64,000 bases of DNA, from positions 1 through 64,000 of the forward strand of contig CBDDBZ010000018.1 in assembly GCA_965225945.1 (NCBI GenBank), written 5' to 3'. Origin of the DNA: Alphaproteobacteria bacterium. Its GTDB lineage: Bacteria > Pseudomonadota > Alphaproteobacteria > GCA-2731375. Below the pieces are notes generated by a model. It did no database searches. It was not told the origin of the DNA and worked only from the letters and a program-made list of their open reading frames with translations. The translations under genes and the position numbers were made by a program. This document shows positions 41,874-53,489 of the stretch, one piece after another. The stretch's first letter is position 1; every line of letters begins with the position of its first letter.

Positions 41874-42470
41874 ATGCCTGATCCCCTCGCCCCTGATCCA
41901 TTCGCCGAAGCTCGCCGCGTCGCGGGCGTCGACGAGGTGGGACGCGGGCCGTTGGCCGGACCGGTGGTGGCGGCGGCGGTGATCCTGCCGGAGAGGCCGC
42001 CGGCCGGGCTCCGGGATTCCAAGAAACTCTCCCCCGCATCCCGGTTCCGTCTGGACCGCGAAATCCGCGCGACGTCCGAGGTCGCGATCGCGCTGGCGAG
42101 CGTGGCGGAGATCGATCGGCTGAACATCCTCGCCGCGACGATGTTGGCGATGTCACGCGCGGTGGCGGCGCTTGCCCTCCCCCCGGACGCGGCGCTGGTC
42201 GACGGCAACCGGTTGCCGGAACTCCCTTGTCCGGCCCGCGCGATCGTCAAGGGCGACGCGCGGTGCGCCCAAATCGCCGCCGCCTCGATCGTCGCCAAGG
42301 TGGCCAGGGATAGCCTGATGCGGGCGCTGGCGGTGGCCTATCCGGGCTATGGGTGGGAGCGGAACGCCGGCTACGGCACGGCGGCGCACCTGGCGGCGCT
42401 CGCCCGCCTCGGAGCGACGCCGCAGCATCGGCGAAGCTTCGCGCCGGTCCGAGCCGTTGCCGATTTGTAA
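41874..42470 (+). CDS. rnhB: Ribonuclease HII
   Basis: [45 protein letters not shown]. Confidence 0.95.
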   Translation: MPDPLAPDPFAEARRVAGVDEVGRGPLAGPVVAAAVILPERPPAGLRDSKKLSPASRFRLDREIRATSEVAIALASVAEIDRLNILAATMLAMSRAVAALALPPDAALVDGNRLPELPCPARAIVKGDARCAQIAAASIVAKVARDSLMRALAVAYPGYGWERNAGYGTAAHLAALARLGATPQHRRSFAPVRAVADL

Positions 42471-42513
42471 CTTTCAGACTCAGCCATAACCCTCTGACCT
42501 CACGATAGATTGA

Positions 42514-43629
<1,116 letters not shown>

Positions 43630-43633
43630 CGGG

Positions 43634-44218
43634 CTACCGTCTACGCCGGAACGGCGCGTTGGAATCGCGCCGGGACGGATTTTCGTGCGGCAGCATTACC
43701 GCCAGCGCCTGGTTCAGCCGGGCCCGGAAGGCCGGATCGTCGGGCCCGGCCCCGCTCGGCGCCTCCAGCATCACCTCGGCTTCCGGCTTGGCGTCGTTGC
43801 AGAACGCCATCGCCACCCGCATCACCGGCCCGGGGGCACGTAGCGGCACGGCGGAGAGATCGCCGCAGGCGCCCTTGCCGCCCAGGTGCGGCGTATCCGG
43901 ATTGAACACCATCACCACTCGGAACGCGGCCCTGTCACCGCCGACGCCGGTCGGCGCGGTCGTGAGCGTCGCCGGCGGGAACCAGCCCGGAAGCTCCAGG
44001 CCCCGGGCGATCGCCTCCGCCGTGCCGGCATCGGCGCGCCCGAAGGGGCTGCCGTGCACCACGGCGGCGAGCTTGCCGTCATGGGTCGCATAGCCGACGT
44101 TTCCCGGCACGTAGGTGGTCTCGACATCGACGTATGAAATGACGCCACCGGTGCTCTCACAGGCGGCCAGGATGGCGGCGGTCGCGACGAGCGCGACGAT
44201 GCCCCTTGCCCTCGGCAT
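43634..44218 (-). CDS. Hypothetical lipoprotein
   Basis: Signal peptide with LAAC lipobox and a GGAG RBS. Confidence 0.7.
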   Translation of the reverse strand: MPRARGIVALVATAAILAACESTGGVISYVDVETTYVPGNVGYATHDGKLAAVVHGSPFGRADAGTAEAIARGLELPGWFPPATLTTAPTGVGGDRAAFRVVMVFNPDTPHLGGKGACGDLSAVPLRAPGPVMRVAMAFCNDAKPEAEVMLEAPSGAGPDDPAFRARLNQALAVMLPHENPSRRDSNAPFRRRR

Positions 44219-44298
44219 GGCATTGTCTCCCGATCATCGCCTCCACGAGGAACGACTGTGAACTGGGTTCGAGGCGAAGACAAGGCACGATTTGGCGA

Positions 44299-45417
44299 TC
44301 AATCCTCGTCGAAATCTCGAAACAACGGTCCCGGCACGGCGTCGAGGGCGTGACGGATCACCTTCTTGGAGAGTGTCGGCAGCGCCTGGCCGCCGAGGTC
44401 CTCGATCCGACACCAGGTGCCCGGCGGGCCCTCCCCCGGGATCGTCGCCGCGACCAGTTCCAGCCGCAGGCGAAAATGGGTGAAGCCGTGCTCGACGGCA
44501 CCCGGGAGCCGCCGCCACTCGGCGGTGAAGGGTGCCTCCCGCAACGCCTCCTCCAGTCTCCAGGGCGATTCGCGCCAGGTCGTCGAGGGCAGCTCCATCA
44601 TGCCGCCGAGGAGCCCTTTCTCCGGCCGGCGGCGAAGCAGCACCGCGTGGTCGGCGCGGGCCAGCCAGAAGACGACGCCATGGCGCCGGGGCCGCGGCTT
44701 TTTCGGGCGTCGACGCGGCAAGTCCGCCGCGACCCCGAGCGCCCGCGCCCGACACTGCTCGCTGAGCGGACATCGGCCACAAAGCGGCGCGCGCGGCCGG
44801 CAGACCATGGCCCCCAAGTCCATCATCGCCTGGGCGTGGTCGCCCGGCCGGGCCTTCGGGGTCAATTCCCGTGCCAGCCCCGCGAGCTCCGGTTTCGCGT
44901 CGGGGAGCGGCGTTTCCACCGCGAAGAGGCGGGCGATCACCCGCTCGAAATTGCCGTCGAGCGGTGTCGCCGGGCGATCGAAGGCGATCGCGGCGACCGC
45001 CGCCGCCGTGTAGGGCCCGATCCCGGGAAGCGCCCTGAGGCCGTCTTCGTCGTCCGGAAAACGCCCCCCGTGACGCAGCACCACCGCGCCCGCGCAAGCG
45101 TGCAGATTTCGCGCCCGCGCGTAGTAGCCGAGCCCCTGCCAGGCATGCAGCACGTCGTCGAGCGGTGCCTCGGCCAATGCCTCCAGCGTCGGCCATCGCG
45201 CGAGGAAGGCACGAAAATAGGGGCCGATGGTCGCCACGGTGGTCTGCTGCAGCATGATCTCGGAAAGCCAGACGTGATAGGGATCCGCCCGCGCGCCGGG
45301 GGCGGCCCGCCACGGCAACTCGCGGCGGTTTCGGTCGTACCAGGCGAGCAGCGCCGCCGCCATCCGCTGCCGCCCCGCCGAAGCAATCGTTCTCGCCGTT
45401 GGTTCCGCCCGCGCCAT
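44299..45417 (-). CDS. mutY: A/G-specific adenine glycosylase
   Basis: WLSEIMLQQT, GLGYYARARNL, LPGIGPYTA and Fe-S motif CRPRAPLCGRCPLSEQC. Start may be 45363. Confidence 0.95.
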   Translation of the reverse strand: MARAEPTARTIASAGRQRMAAALLAWYDRNRRELPWRAAPGARADPYHVWLSEIMLQQTTVATIGPYFRAFLARWPTLEALAEAPLDDVLHAWQGLGYYARARNLHACAGAVVLRHGGRFPDDEDGLRALPGIGPYTAAAVAAIAFDRPATPLDGNFERVIARLFAVETPLPDAKPELAGLARELTPKARPGDHAQAMMDLGAMVCRPRAPLCGRCPLSEQCRARALGVAADLPRRRPKKPRPRRHGVVFWLARADHAVLLRRRPEKGLLGGMMELPSTTWRESPWRLEEALREAPFTAEWRRLPGAVEHGFTHFRLRLELVAATIPGEGPPGTWCRIEDLGGQALPTLSKKVIRHALDAVPGPLFRDFDED

Positions 45418-45433
45418 GCGTCAGGATGTCGCC

Positions 45434-45922
45434 ATGGCCAAACGCTCGACAAGAGGCCCGCTGCGTCCCGCCGGGCGAATGCTCCGCCGGGTCGCCCAAC
45501 GGGGCCTGGCCAAGCGGGGTTTTGGCGAGGTCGACGTGGTACTGCGTTGGCGCGAGATCGTCGGCGAGACTCTGGCCCGCCAGTGCCGGCCGTCGCGAAT
45601 CGCCTTCCCCCGGGGCGAGCGCCGCGGCGGCGTGCTGCATCTTCTGGTCGAGCCGGCGGCGGCGCCCGAGGTCCAGCATTTGGCGCCGATCCTGATCGAG
45701 CGGATCAACGCTTTCCACGGCTACCGCGCCGTCGAGCGGGTGAGCCTGCAGCAACGGCCGCTGCCGCCGGCACCCGTTCGCACCTACCGAGCGCCGGTGG
45801 GTCCGCTCGATCCCGAAGGCGAGGCGGCGCTCGACCGGCGGTTGGAGGATATTGCCGATTCGGAGCTCCGCGAGGCGCTTCGCCGGCTCGGCCGCAACGT
45901 CATGAAGCGCCGCGAAACGTGA
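45434..45922 (+). CDS. DUF721 / DciA-like protein
   Basis: RWREIVG, QHLAPILIERINAFHG. Divergent from mutY as in other alphaproteobacteria. Confidence 0.85.
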   Translation: MAKRSTRGPLRPAGRMLRRVAQRGLAKRGFGEVDVVLRWREIVGETLARQCRPSRIAFPRGERRGGVLHLLVEPAAAPEVQHLAPILIERINAFHGYRAVERVSLQQRPLPPAPVRTYRAPVGPLDPEGEAALDRRLEDIADSELREALRRLGRNVMKRRET

Positions 45923-46037
45923 ACCATCGAAGCTGGCGAGCCGCGCCCCATCGGTCCATATTCCCGCAATAGCCCGCTCCCGCCGCGACGACCGGCGCGG
46001 GTGGACACGGTTCAGGGCGCACGACGCACGCGGGCGC

Positions 46038-46084
46038 TTGTGACGCCCCGATCACGGATCTATAGTTTTCCCACATCTAGTGGG
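46038..46084 (+). promoter_or_regulatory. Putative sigma-70 promoter of dsbA-smc with an adjacent palindrome
   Basis: TTGTGA-N17-TATAGT (46038-46066), followed by CCCAC-ATCTA-GTGGG (46070-46084). Confidence 0.45.
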
Positions 46085-46095
46085 TTGGAGGAGCA

Positions 46096-46716
46096 ATGAC
46101 CCAACTCTGTGTGATTTCACGGCGCCTGGTGCCGGTCCGACTGTTGGCCCTGGCGTTCTGCCTGGCGGCCGTGCCGGCGCTCGCGGGCGCCAACCGGGCC
46201 GGCCTCGGCGAGATGTCGATCGGCGCCGAGGACGCGCCGATCACGATGATCGAATACGCCTCGATGACCTGCCCGCATTGCGCCGTCTTTCACGCCGATA
46301 CCTTCGAGGCGCTGAAGACCAAATACATCGACACCGGCAAGGTGCGCCTGGTCTTCCGCGAGTACCCGCTCGACCGCCTGGCCTTCTTCGCCTCGAAGCT
46401 GGCGCGCTGCGCCGGCGCGGACGGCTTCTTCCCGATGTTGGAGGTGCTGTTCAAGCAGCAACAGAACTGGGCGCGGTCCAAGGATCCGGAGGGAGCGCTG
46501 GCCCGCATCGGCCGGCTGGCCGGCATCGACCAGGAAAGCTTCGATGCCTGCATGAACGACGAAGCGATCACCAAGGTGGTGCTGGAGAACCGAATGACCG
46601 GCGAGACCAAGCACAAGATCTCCTCGACCCCGAGTTTCGTCGTCAACGGCCAGATCATCGCCGGCGGTCGCACGATCGAGAATTTCGACATAATTTTCGC
46701 GCCTTACTTGAAATAG
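46096..46716 (+). CDS. DsbA-family thiol:disulfide oxidoreductase
   Basis: EYASMTCPHCA, FREYPLD, STPSFVVNG. Confidence 0.92.
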   Translation: MTQLCVISRRLVPVRLLALAFCLAAVPALAGANRAGLGEMSIGAEDAPITMIEYASMTCPHCAVFHADTFEALKTKYIDTGKVRLVFREYPLDRLAFFASKLARCAGADGFFPMLEVLFKQQQNWARSKDPEGALARIGRLAGIDQESFDACMNDEAITKVVLENRMTGETKHKISSTPSFVVNGQIIAGGRTIENFDIIFAPYLK

Positions 46717-46747
46717 GGCGCGAAACCGCTAAGGGGACGTTTGGTCG

Positions 46748-49700
46748 GTGCAGTTCACCAGGTTGCGGCTCGTAGGTTTCAAGTCCTTCGTCGACGGCAC
46801 CGAGGTCGTCATCGAGCCGGGTCTGACCGGCGTCGTCGGTCCCAACGGCTGCGGCAAATCGAACCTGATGGAGGCGTTGCGCTGGGTGATGGGCGAGACC
46901 TCGGCCAAGCAGGTCCGGGGCGGGGCCATGGACGACGTCATCTTCAGCGGCACCCAGGCCCGTCCGTCACGCAACGTGGCGGAAGTGCTGCTGACGATCG
47001 ACAACGCCGAACGCACGGCGCCTGCTCCCTTCAACGATTCCGACGAGCTGCAGATAAGTCGCCGGATCGAACGCGAGAGCGGCTCCACCTACCGGGTCAA
47101 CGGCCAGGAAGTCAGGGCCCGCGACGTGCAACTCCTGTTCGCCGATCTGGCGACCGGCGCGCACTCGCCGGCCTTGGTGAGCCAAGGCCGCGTCGGCGCG
47201 TTGATCGAAGCCCGACCGACCGATCGCCGCGCGCTCCTGGAAGAGGCGGCGGGCATCACCGGCTTGCACTCGCGCCGCCACGAGGCGGAACTCCGGCTGC
47301 GCGGCGCCGCCAACAACCTGGAGCGGCTGGAAGACATCATGCAGGCGCTGGAAGGCCAGTTGCAGGCGATCAAGCGTCAGGCGCGGCAGGCCAATCGCTA
47401 TCGCAAGCTGGGCGGACTGATCCGCCGGCTCGAGGCGATCCAGCTCCATCTCCGCCACCGGGACAGCTCCGCCGAGGAGGCCCGACTCGCCGAGGAGTCG
47501 AGGGCGGTCACCGCGCTCGTCGGCCGGCTCGAAGGCCAGGTCGCGGCGGCGGCGACGAGCCGGGAAGCGGTCGCCGCCAGCCTGCCCGAGCTTCGCCGCG
47601 AGGAAGCGGCGGCGGGCGCCGGGTTGCATCGCCTCGGCGCTGCCAGGGACGGGCTCGACGGCGAGGACGAGCGGGTCCGCGAGGAGGCCCGTCAACTCGA
47701 CGCGCGGCTCGCCCAGATCGCCACCGACCTCGAGCGCGAAGGCACGATCCGCGAGCAGGCCGAGGCCGCGATCCTGCGTCTCGAAAGCGAGACCGCGAAT
47801 ATCCAGGTCGCCCGCGAGGGCGAGGCCGTCGCGCTCTCCCGGGCGGAGGGCCGAATCGCCGAGCGCGCGCGATCGGTGGCCAACGAGGAGAACGAGCTCG
47901 ATCGCCTGACCGAAGAGGTCGCCCGCGAGGCCGCGCGGCGCGACGCCTCGGCGGCCCGCGGCCAGGACGCGGAACGACGACTCGAACGCCTGATCCAGCG
48001 CCACCGCGAGGCCGCGGCGGAGGTGGCGACGCTCGACGCCGGCCTCGCCGAGGACGATGCGGTGCGCGAGGCCTCGGAGCTATTCCAGGCCGAAGACGCG
48101 CGATGCGGGGAGTCGAGCACGGCGCTGGAGGCAGCGGATCGGGCCCGTGACGTCGCCGACGCCTGTCTCGGCGAGGTGCGCGATCGGCTGCGGGTCGCGG
48201 AAAGCCGAGTGGCCCAACTCTCCGGCGAGGAGACGGCCTTGGCCCGCCTGTTGGAAGGCAAGGACACGGATCTCTGGGCGCCGCTGGTCGATGCCGTCGA
48301 GGTCAAGCCCGGCTATGAAACCGCGCTCGGCGCGGCGCTCGGCGACGATCTCGACGCGCCGGCCGACGTTGGCGCGCCGGTCCACTGGCGGGTCTTGGAG
48401 GACCGCGACGCCCCGCCGGCGTTGCCGGCGGGCGCAGCACCACTCGCCCGCTTCGTCGGCGCACCTGCCGCGCTCGCCCGGCGCCTGGCGCAAGTGGGCT
48501 TGGTCGATGCCGGCAAGGGCGACGCCTTGAGCGGTCTCTTGGCGCAAGGTCAGCGTCTGGTCAGCCGGGACGGCAAACTCTGGCGATGGGACGGCTTCAC
48601 CATCACCGACGGCGCGGAAACGGCCGCGGCCCAACGGCTCGCCCAACGCAATCGCCTGGCGGAGCTTCGCGAGCAGCGTGGCCTGGCGGAGCGTGCGATG
48701 AGCGCCGCCGGTGAGGAACACGAGGCGGCGCGAGGGACAGCGACGGCCGCGCGAGAGGGCTTCGAGGCCGCGCGAGCCGGCGATCGGGCCCAGGGCCAGG
48801 CACGTGATCGCGCCCGCGAGGCGTGGGAGGCGGCCGAGCGTCGGATCGCCGCCACCCGGTCGCGCCGCCTCGCCCTCGACGAAACGCTGGCCGCGCTCCG
48901 CCTCGACATCGACGAATGCGAGACGGCGCGGGACGAGGCACACGACAGCTTGGCCGCGCTGGCGCCACTCGACGAGGCGCGCGAGTGCTTGACCGAGTTG
49001 CGCGCCACCGTCTCCGGCCTTCGCGCCGCTCTCGCCGAGGCACGCAACGGCGAGGCCGTGCTGCGCCGCGAGATCCAGGTCCGCGCCGATCGTGGGGTGG
49101 CGATCGAGGCGGAGCGCGCTGGATGGCGCCACCGGGTGGACGACGCGCGCCGCCAGAGCGAGATCCTGTGCCGACGCCGCGAAGAAGCGGCGAACGCGCT
49201 CGAGACCGCCAGACGGCGGCCAGAGGAGATCAACGCGCGTCGGGCTGACTTGCTGGAAGAAATCGCCAAGGCCGAGACGGCGCGCGGCCACGCGGCCGAT
49301 GCCGTCGCCCGGCGCGAGAGCGAGCTCGCCGAGGCCGACGCGACGCTCCGCGCGGCGGAAGTGGCCGCGTCCGAGGCACGCGAGACCCGGGCGCGGCTGG
49401 AAGCCAATCTCGAAGCCGCGGCCGAGCGCCGCGAGGAGGTTGGCCGCCGTATCCGCGAGGTCCTGGACTGCGAGCCCGAGGACGCGCTCGGCGCGGGCGA
49501 GGTGGGAAGGGGCGAGGAATTACCGCCGCTCGAGGAGGCGGCGAGGCGCCTCGAGCGGTTGCTCCGCGAGCGGGAAGGGATGGGTCCCGTCAACCTCCGC
49601 GCCGAACAGGAGGCCCACGAGCTCGGCGAACAGCTCGACACCATGACCAGGGAACGGGCCGATCTGGAGGCCGCGATCCAGCGGCTCAGGCAAGGGATCT

Positions 49701-50206
49701 CCAGCCTCAACCGCGAGGGCCGGGACCGGCTGTTGGCGGCCTTTCATCAGGTCGACAAGCATTTTCAGGATCTCTTCGTCCGCCTCTTCGGCGGCGGCAA
49801 GGCGCATCTGGCGCTGACCGAATCGGAGGATCCGCTGGAAGCCGGTCTGGAGATCATGGCGCGCCCGCCCGGCAAGCGCCTGCAGCGGCTCTCGCTGCTG
49901 TCGGGCGGCGAGCAGGCGTTGACCGCGACGGCCCTCCTGTTCGCAGTGTTCCTGACCAATCCGGCGCCGATCTGCGTCCTGGACGAGGTCGACGCGCCGC
50001 TCGACGAGGCCAACGTCGATCGATTCTGCACCCTGGTGGAGGAGATCGCCCGCGTCACCGGCACCCGCTTCCTCATCATCACCCATCACATATTGACCAT
50101 GGCGCGGGTCGACCGGCTCTATGGAGTGACCATGGCGGAGCGCGGCGTCTCGCAATTGGTCTCCGTCGACCTGGTCCGCGCGGAGCGTCTCAGGGCCACC
50201 GGATAA
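46748..50206 (+). CDS. smc: Chromosome segregation protein SMC
   Basis: GFKSF, GPNGCGKSN, long coiled coils, LSGGEQ, LDEVDAPLD. Confidence 0.96.
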   Translation: MQFTRLRLVGFKSFVDGTEVVIEPGLTGVVGPNGCGKSNLMEALRWVMGETSAKQVRGGAMDDVIFSGTQARPSRNVAEVLLTIDNAERTAPAPFNDSDELQISRRIERESGSTYRVNGQEVRARDVQLLFADLATGAHSPALVSQGRVGALIEARPTDRRALLEEAAGITGLHSRRHEAELRLRGAANNLERLEDIMQALEGQLQAIKRQARQANRYRKLGGLIRRLEAIQLHLRHRDSSAEEARLAEESRAVTALVGRLEGQVAAAATSREAVAASLPELRREEAAAGAGLHRLGAARDGLDGEDERVREEARQLDARLAQIATDLEREGTIREQAEAAILRLESETANIQVAREGEAVALSRAEGRIAERARSVANEENELDRLTEEVAREAARRDASAARGQDAERRLERLIQRHREAAAEVATLDAGLAEDDAVREASELFQAEDARCGESSTALEAADRARDVADACLGEVRDRLRVAESRVAQLSGEETALARLLEGKDTDLWAPLVDAVEVKPGYETALGAALGDDLDAPADVGAPVHWRVLEDRDAPPALPAGAAPLARFVGAPAALARRLAQVGLVDAGKGDALSGLLAQGQRLVSRDGKLWRWDGFTITDGAETAAAQRLAQRNRLAELREQRGLAERAMSAAGEEHEAARGTATAAREGFEAARAGDRAQGQARDRAREAWEAAERRIAATRSRRLALDETLAALRLDIDECETARDEAHDSLAALAPLDEARECLTELRATVSGLRAALAEARNGEAVLRREIQVRADRGVAIEAERAGWRHRVDDARRQSEILCRRREEAANALETARRRPEEINARRADLLEEIAKAETARGHAADAVARRESELAEADATLRAAEVAASEARETRARLEANLEAAAERREEVGRRIREVLDCEPEDALGAGEVGRGEELPPLEEAARRLERLLREREGMGPVNLRAEQEAHELGEQLDTMTRERADLEAAIQRLRQGISSLNREGRDRLLAAFHQVDKHFQDLFVRLFGGGKAHLALTESEDPLEAGLEIMARPPGKRLQRLSLLSGGEQALTATALLFAVFLTNPAPICVLDEVDAPLDEANVDRFCTLVEEIARVTGTRFLIITHHILTMARVDRLYGVTMAERGVSQLVSVDLVRAERLRATG

Positions 50207-50278
50207 GGCCTCGCCGAAATGCGGAAATCCTCTTTCGATCAATGACTTGCCGTGTGCCGAGGGGTCTCGGATCGAGGC

Positions 50279-50307
50279 TTGACAGTGCGGGGGCCTTTTC
50301 CTATCTT
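50279..50307 (+). promoter_or_regulatory. Putative sigma-70 promoter of the F0 atp operon
   Basis: TTGACA-N17-TATCTT. Confidence 0.6.
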
Positions 50308-50416
50308 GCGCGCGCCTTCGGCGTCGGTCGGATTGTTCTCCGGCCGCTTGCGCGTCGTGGGGTGGCGTCGCTCATAACGTCGGTATTCCCATCGATAGCT
50401 GGCCTCGGGGCCGCGA

Positions 50417-50824
50417 ATGACGGATCCAGGCGACAACCGCTCGCTCGATGCGCTGGGTGCCCGGATAAATCAGGCGCGCCGCGACGCGGGTCTGGAGACG
50501 GAAGATCGCAAGGACGAGGCGCCACCGCCGAGCGAGGTGAGAATGGCGTGGCGGATCTCGATCGAGATCGTGGTCGCGCTCTTTCTCTCGACCTTTCTGG
50601 GGTGGGTGTTCGACCAGTGGTTCGGGACCACGCCTTGGTTGATGTTGGTGTTCCTCTTCCTGGGGGCGGGCGCCGGCATTGCAAAGGCGGTCAAGACGAT
50701 GAACCGCATGGACGCCTTGGCGGCGGAGCGGGCCTTGGGCGAGACCACGCGATCGGGCGATGCCGAGGGGAGCAGCGCCGGCGGGAGCGACGAGACCAAG
50801 GCGGGGGGCCAAGGTGGCGGTTGA
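50417..50824 (+). CDS. atpI: AtpZ/AtpI family protein
   Basis: GWVFDQWFGTTPWLMLVFLFLG. First gene of the F0 operon. Confidence 0.87.
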   Translation: MTDPGDNRSLDALGARINQARRDAGLETEDRKDEAPPPSEVRMAWRISIEIVVALFLSTFLGWVFDQWFGTTPWLMLVFLFLGAGAGIAKAVKTMNRMDALAAERALGETTRSGDAEGSSAGGSDETKAGGQGGG

Positions 50825-51563
50825 GCGGCAAATCAACCACGATAGTCCGATGCATCAGTTCGTCATCGGCAAGTTCGGCGAGTGGCAAATCGCCGGGCTG
50901 GATTTCGCCTTTTCCAAGGCCGCCGTCTTCATGTTGGTGTCGGTCGTCTTCATCGCCGTCTTCTTGATGCTGACGACCAGCCGGCGGGCCCTGGTACCGG
51001 GGCGCTGGCAGTGCCTGAGCGAGATCTGGTACGAGTTCATCGCCGACATGGTGAAGGAGATCGTGGGCTCCGAGGGGCGGCGCTATTTCCCCTTCGTCTT
51101 CTCGGTCTTCAGTTTCATCGTCGTGCTGAACCTCCTGGGCATGCTGCCTTATTCCTACACGGTGACGAGCCACATCGCGGTCACCGGGGCGCTCGCCATC
51201 ATGGTCTTCGTGCTGGTCTCGGCGATCGCGTTATCACGCCACGGGCTGCACTTCTTCACCTTCTTCGTGCCCAAGGGGGTGCCGGTGGCGATGCTGGTGC
51301 TGGTGGTGCCGATCGAGGTGCTGTCCTACTTCATGCGCCCGGTGAGCCATTCGGTACGCCTCTTCGCCAACATGACCGCCGGCCATACCATGTTGAAGGT
51401 GTTCGGCGGCTTCGTCGTCAAGATGGGCATCTTCGGCGTGCTGCCGCTGGCGCTGATAACCGCGCTGATCGGCCTCGAGTTCGCGATCGCCTTCCTGCAG
51501 GCTTACGTCTTCACCATCCTGACCTGCCTGTACCTGAACGACGCCATTCACCTGGAGCACTGA
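50814..51563 (+). CDS. atpB: ATP synthase F0 subunit a
   Basis: [32 protein letters not shown] start. Confidence 0.95.
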   Translation: MAVERQINHDSPMHQFVIGKFGEWQIAGLDFAFSKAAVFMLVSVVFIAVFLMLTTSRRALVPGRWQCLSEIWYEFIADMVKEIVGSEGRRYFPFVFSVFSFIVVLNLLGMLPYSYTVTSHIAVTGALAIMVFVLVSAIALSRHGLHFFTFFVPKGVPVAMLVLVVPIEVLSYFMRPVSHSVRLFANMTAGHTMLKVFGGFVVKMGIFGVLPLALITALIGLEFAIAFLQAYVFTILTCLYLNDAIHLEH

Positions 51564-51630
51564 GCCCGGCGGATCGCAACCACGAGGGCGCGCGCCGAAC
51601 CGTCAATCGAGGGAACAAAGGAACGAAACC

Positions 51631-51870
51631 ATGGATGTTGAAGCCGCCACGATCTTGGGCAAGCTTATCGGAGCCGGCCTCGCCGCCATCGCCATGGGCG
51701 GCGCCGGTATCGGCATCGGCCTGATTTTCGGCAACTACGTCGCCGGCGCCATGCGCAACCCCGGCGCCGCCCAGCAGGTCTTCGGCCGGGTGATCCTGGG
51801 CTTCGCCTTGACCGAGGCGATCGCGCTGTTCGCCCTGGTCGTCGCGCTCATCATCTTGTTCGTGTTCTAG
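51631..51870 (+). CDS. atpE: ATP synthase F0 subunit c
   Basis: GAGIGIG, RNP, GFALTEA. Confidence 0.96.
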   Translation: MDVEAATILGKLIGAGLAAIAMGGAGIGIGLIFGNYVAGAMRNPGAAQQVFGRVILGFALTEAIALFALVVALIILFVF

Positions 51871-51919
51871 GTCTGGCACCGGGTGAAGCGGGCCACGTCG
51901 GGACCCGAGGGATAGCGCC

Positions 51920-52411
51920 ATGCCACAGTTCTGGATCGAGAACTTCTTGCCACAGATCTTCTGGTTGGCGGTCGCCTTTGCGGTGCTCTATTTCCTGATG
52001 GCGAGACTGGCTCTGCCGCGCGTCGCCGACATCCTCGAGCAGCGGCAGAGCCGCGTCGAGGGCGACCTCGACAAGGCGGGCGAGCACAAACGCCGCGCCG
52101 AACAGGTGATGGCCGAGTACGAGGCGGCGCTGGCCGAGACCAGGGCGAGAGCCCAGGCGGTCATCGCCGAGGCCCAGGCGGCGAGCGCGGCCGAGGCCGA
52201 GCGGCGCGGCGAAGAGCTGGGCGAACGGCTGCGCCGCCAGGGCAACGAAGCCCAGGCGCGGATCGAGGCGGCGAAGACTCAGGCTCTCGACGAGATCCGC
52301 GTCGCCGCCAGCGATCTCGCCCGAGGTGCGGTCGAACGGCTGATCGGCGTCCAGGTCGCGGAGGAGACCGCACGCGCCGCGGTCGACCAGGCGATGGGGG
52401 AGGGGCGCTGA
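51920..52411 (+). CDS. ATP synthase F0 subunit b'
   Basis: MPQF...QIFWL N-terminal membrane anchor followed by a coiled coil. Confidence 0.92.
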   Translation: MPQFWIENFLPQIFWLAVAFAVLYFLMARLALPRVADILEQRQSRVEGDLDKAGEHKRRAEQVMAEYEAALAETRARAQAVIAEAQAASAAEAERRGEELGERLRRQGNEAQARIEAAKTQALDEIRVAASDLARGAVERLIGVQVAEETARAAVDQAMGEGR

Positions 52412-52896
52412 TGGAATTCGATGCCACCTTCTGGGTCGGCTTCTGCTTCGTCGTGTTCGTCGGCCTGATGATCTACCTCAAGGTTCACAAGATGCTGATC
52501 GCCGGCCTCGACCAGCGCAGCGAGCAGATCCGCGAGCGGTTGGACGAGGCCCAGCGGCTTCGCGAAGAGGCCCAGGCGCTGCTCGCGAGCTACGAGCGCA
52601 AGCAGCGCGACGCGGTCAAGGAGGCCGAGGCGATGGTCGAACACGCCCGCGTCGAGGCCCAGCGCGAGCGTGAGCAGGCCGAGGCACGGCTGGAGGAGAT
52701 GCTGACCCGCCGCGAGGCCCTCGCGGTGGAGAAAATTGCCCTCGCCGAGGTCCAGGCCAGGCAGGAGATCCGCGACGTCGCCATCGAGGCGGCGATCGCC
52801 GCCGCCCGCCGGGTGATCGTCGAGGAATTGAACGAGGAGCGCGCCGGCGCCCTCGTCGACGGCGCCATCGGCGACCTCCGCCGCAATCTGAACTGA
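52411..52896 (+). CDS. atpF: ATP synthase F0 subunit b
   Basis: FDATFWV, LDQRSEQI..LDEAQRLREEAQALLASYERKQ. Confidence 0.93.
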   Translation: MEFDATFWVGFCFVVFVGLMIYLKVHKMLIAGLDQRSEQIRERLDEAQRLREEAQALLASYERKQRDAVKEAEAMVEHARVEAQREREQAEARLEEMLTRREALAVEKIALAEVQARQEIRDVAIEAAIAAARRVIVEELNEERAGALVDGAIGDLRRNLN

Positions 52897-52909
52897 TTCT
52901 ATCCACTAG
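52895..52909. repeat. Solo end of the CTAG MITE
   Basis: GATTCTATCCACTAG is identical to 41846-41860. Confidence 0.65.
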
Positions 52910-53080
52910 CTTAGGGCGCTTCGTGTTCGAAGCGAATCGCCGGGCCGCGGGAGCGGGCGGCCTCGACCAATCTTGAAACGCTCTGTCCGGTGTGACGAGG
53001 CTCACACGAGTCGGCGCAAATCGCGCCCACATGAGGGGAACTGGAAGACCCTTCGAATCGACGATACGGGGAGCAACGGC

Positions 53081-53485
53081 ATGTCCCATGCCCTAATTGA
53101 AGCGGTGGCGTCGCGTGCCCAACCGCGCGAGGCGGAGAGCGACATCGACACTTTGACGCAACGCGCCGAAGCGGGTGACGCGCAAGCGCAATTCCGCCTC
53201 GCGGGGCACTACGAGGACGCCGTCGACGTCTCCCACTCGCCGCAACGCGCGCTGCGCTGGTACCGCGCGGCCGCCCGCGCCGACCTGTGCGAGGCGCAGG
53301 TAGCCCTCGGCACCATGCTCGCCCTCGGCGAGGGCATCGAGCCGGACTACGCCGAGGCCTGGGTCTGGTTCACCCGCGCCGCCGACCTGGGCGACGTGGA
53401 CGCGGGCGAACTCGCTGGCCTCGTCGGCCGCAAGCTCGACGAAGACGCCCGCCTCTCGGCCCAACGACGCGTCCTCGCCGCGTAG
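53081..53485 (+). CDS. Sel1-like repeat protein
   Basis: AEAGDAQAQFRLA, AQVALGTMLALGEGIEPDYAEAWVWF. Confidence 0.85.
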   Translation: MSHALIEAVASRAQPREAESDIDTLTQRAEAGDAQAQFRLAGHYEDAVDVSHSPQRALRWYRAAARADLCEAQVALGTMLALGEGIEPDYAEAWVWFTRAADLGDVDAGELAGLVGRKLDEDARLSAQRRVLAA

Positions 53486-53489
53486 GGAA

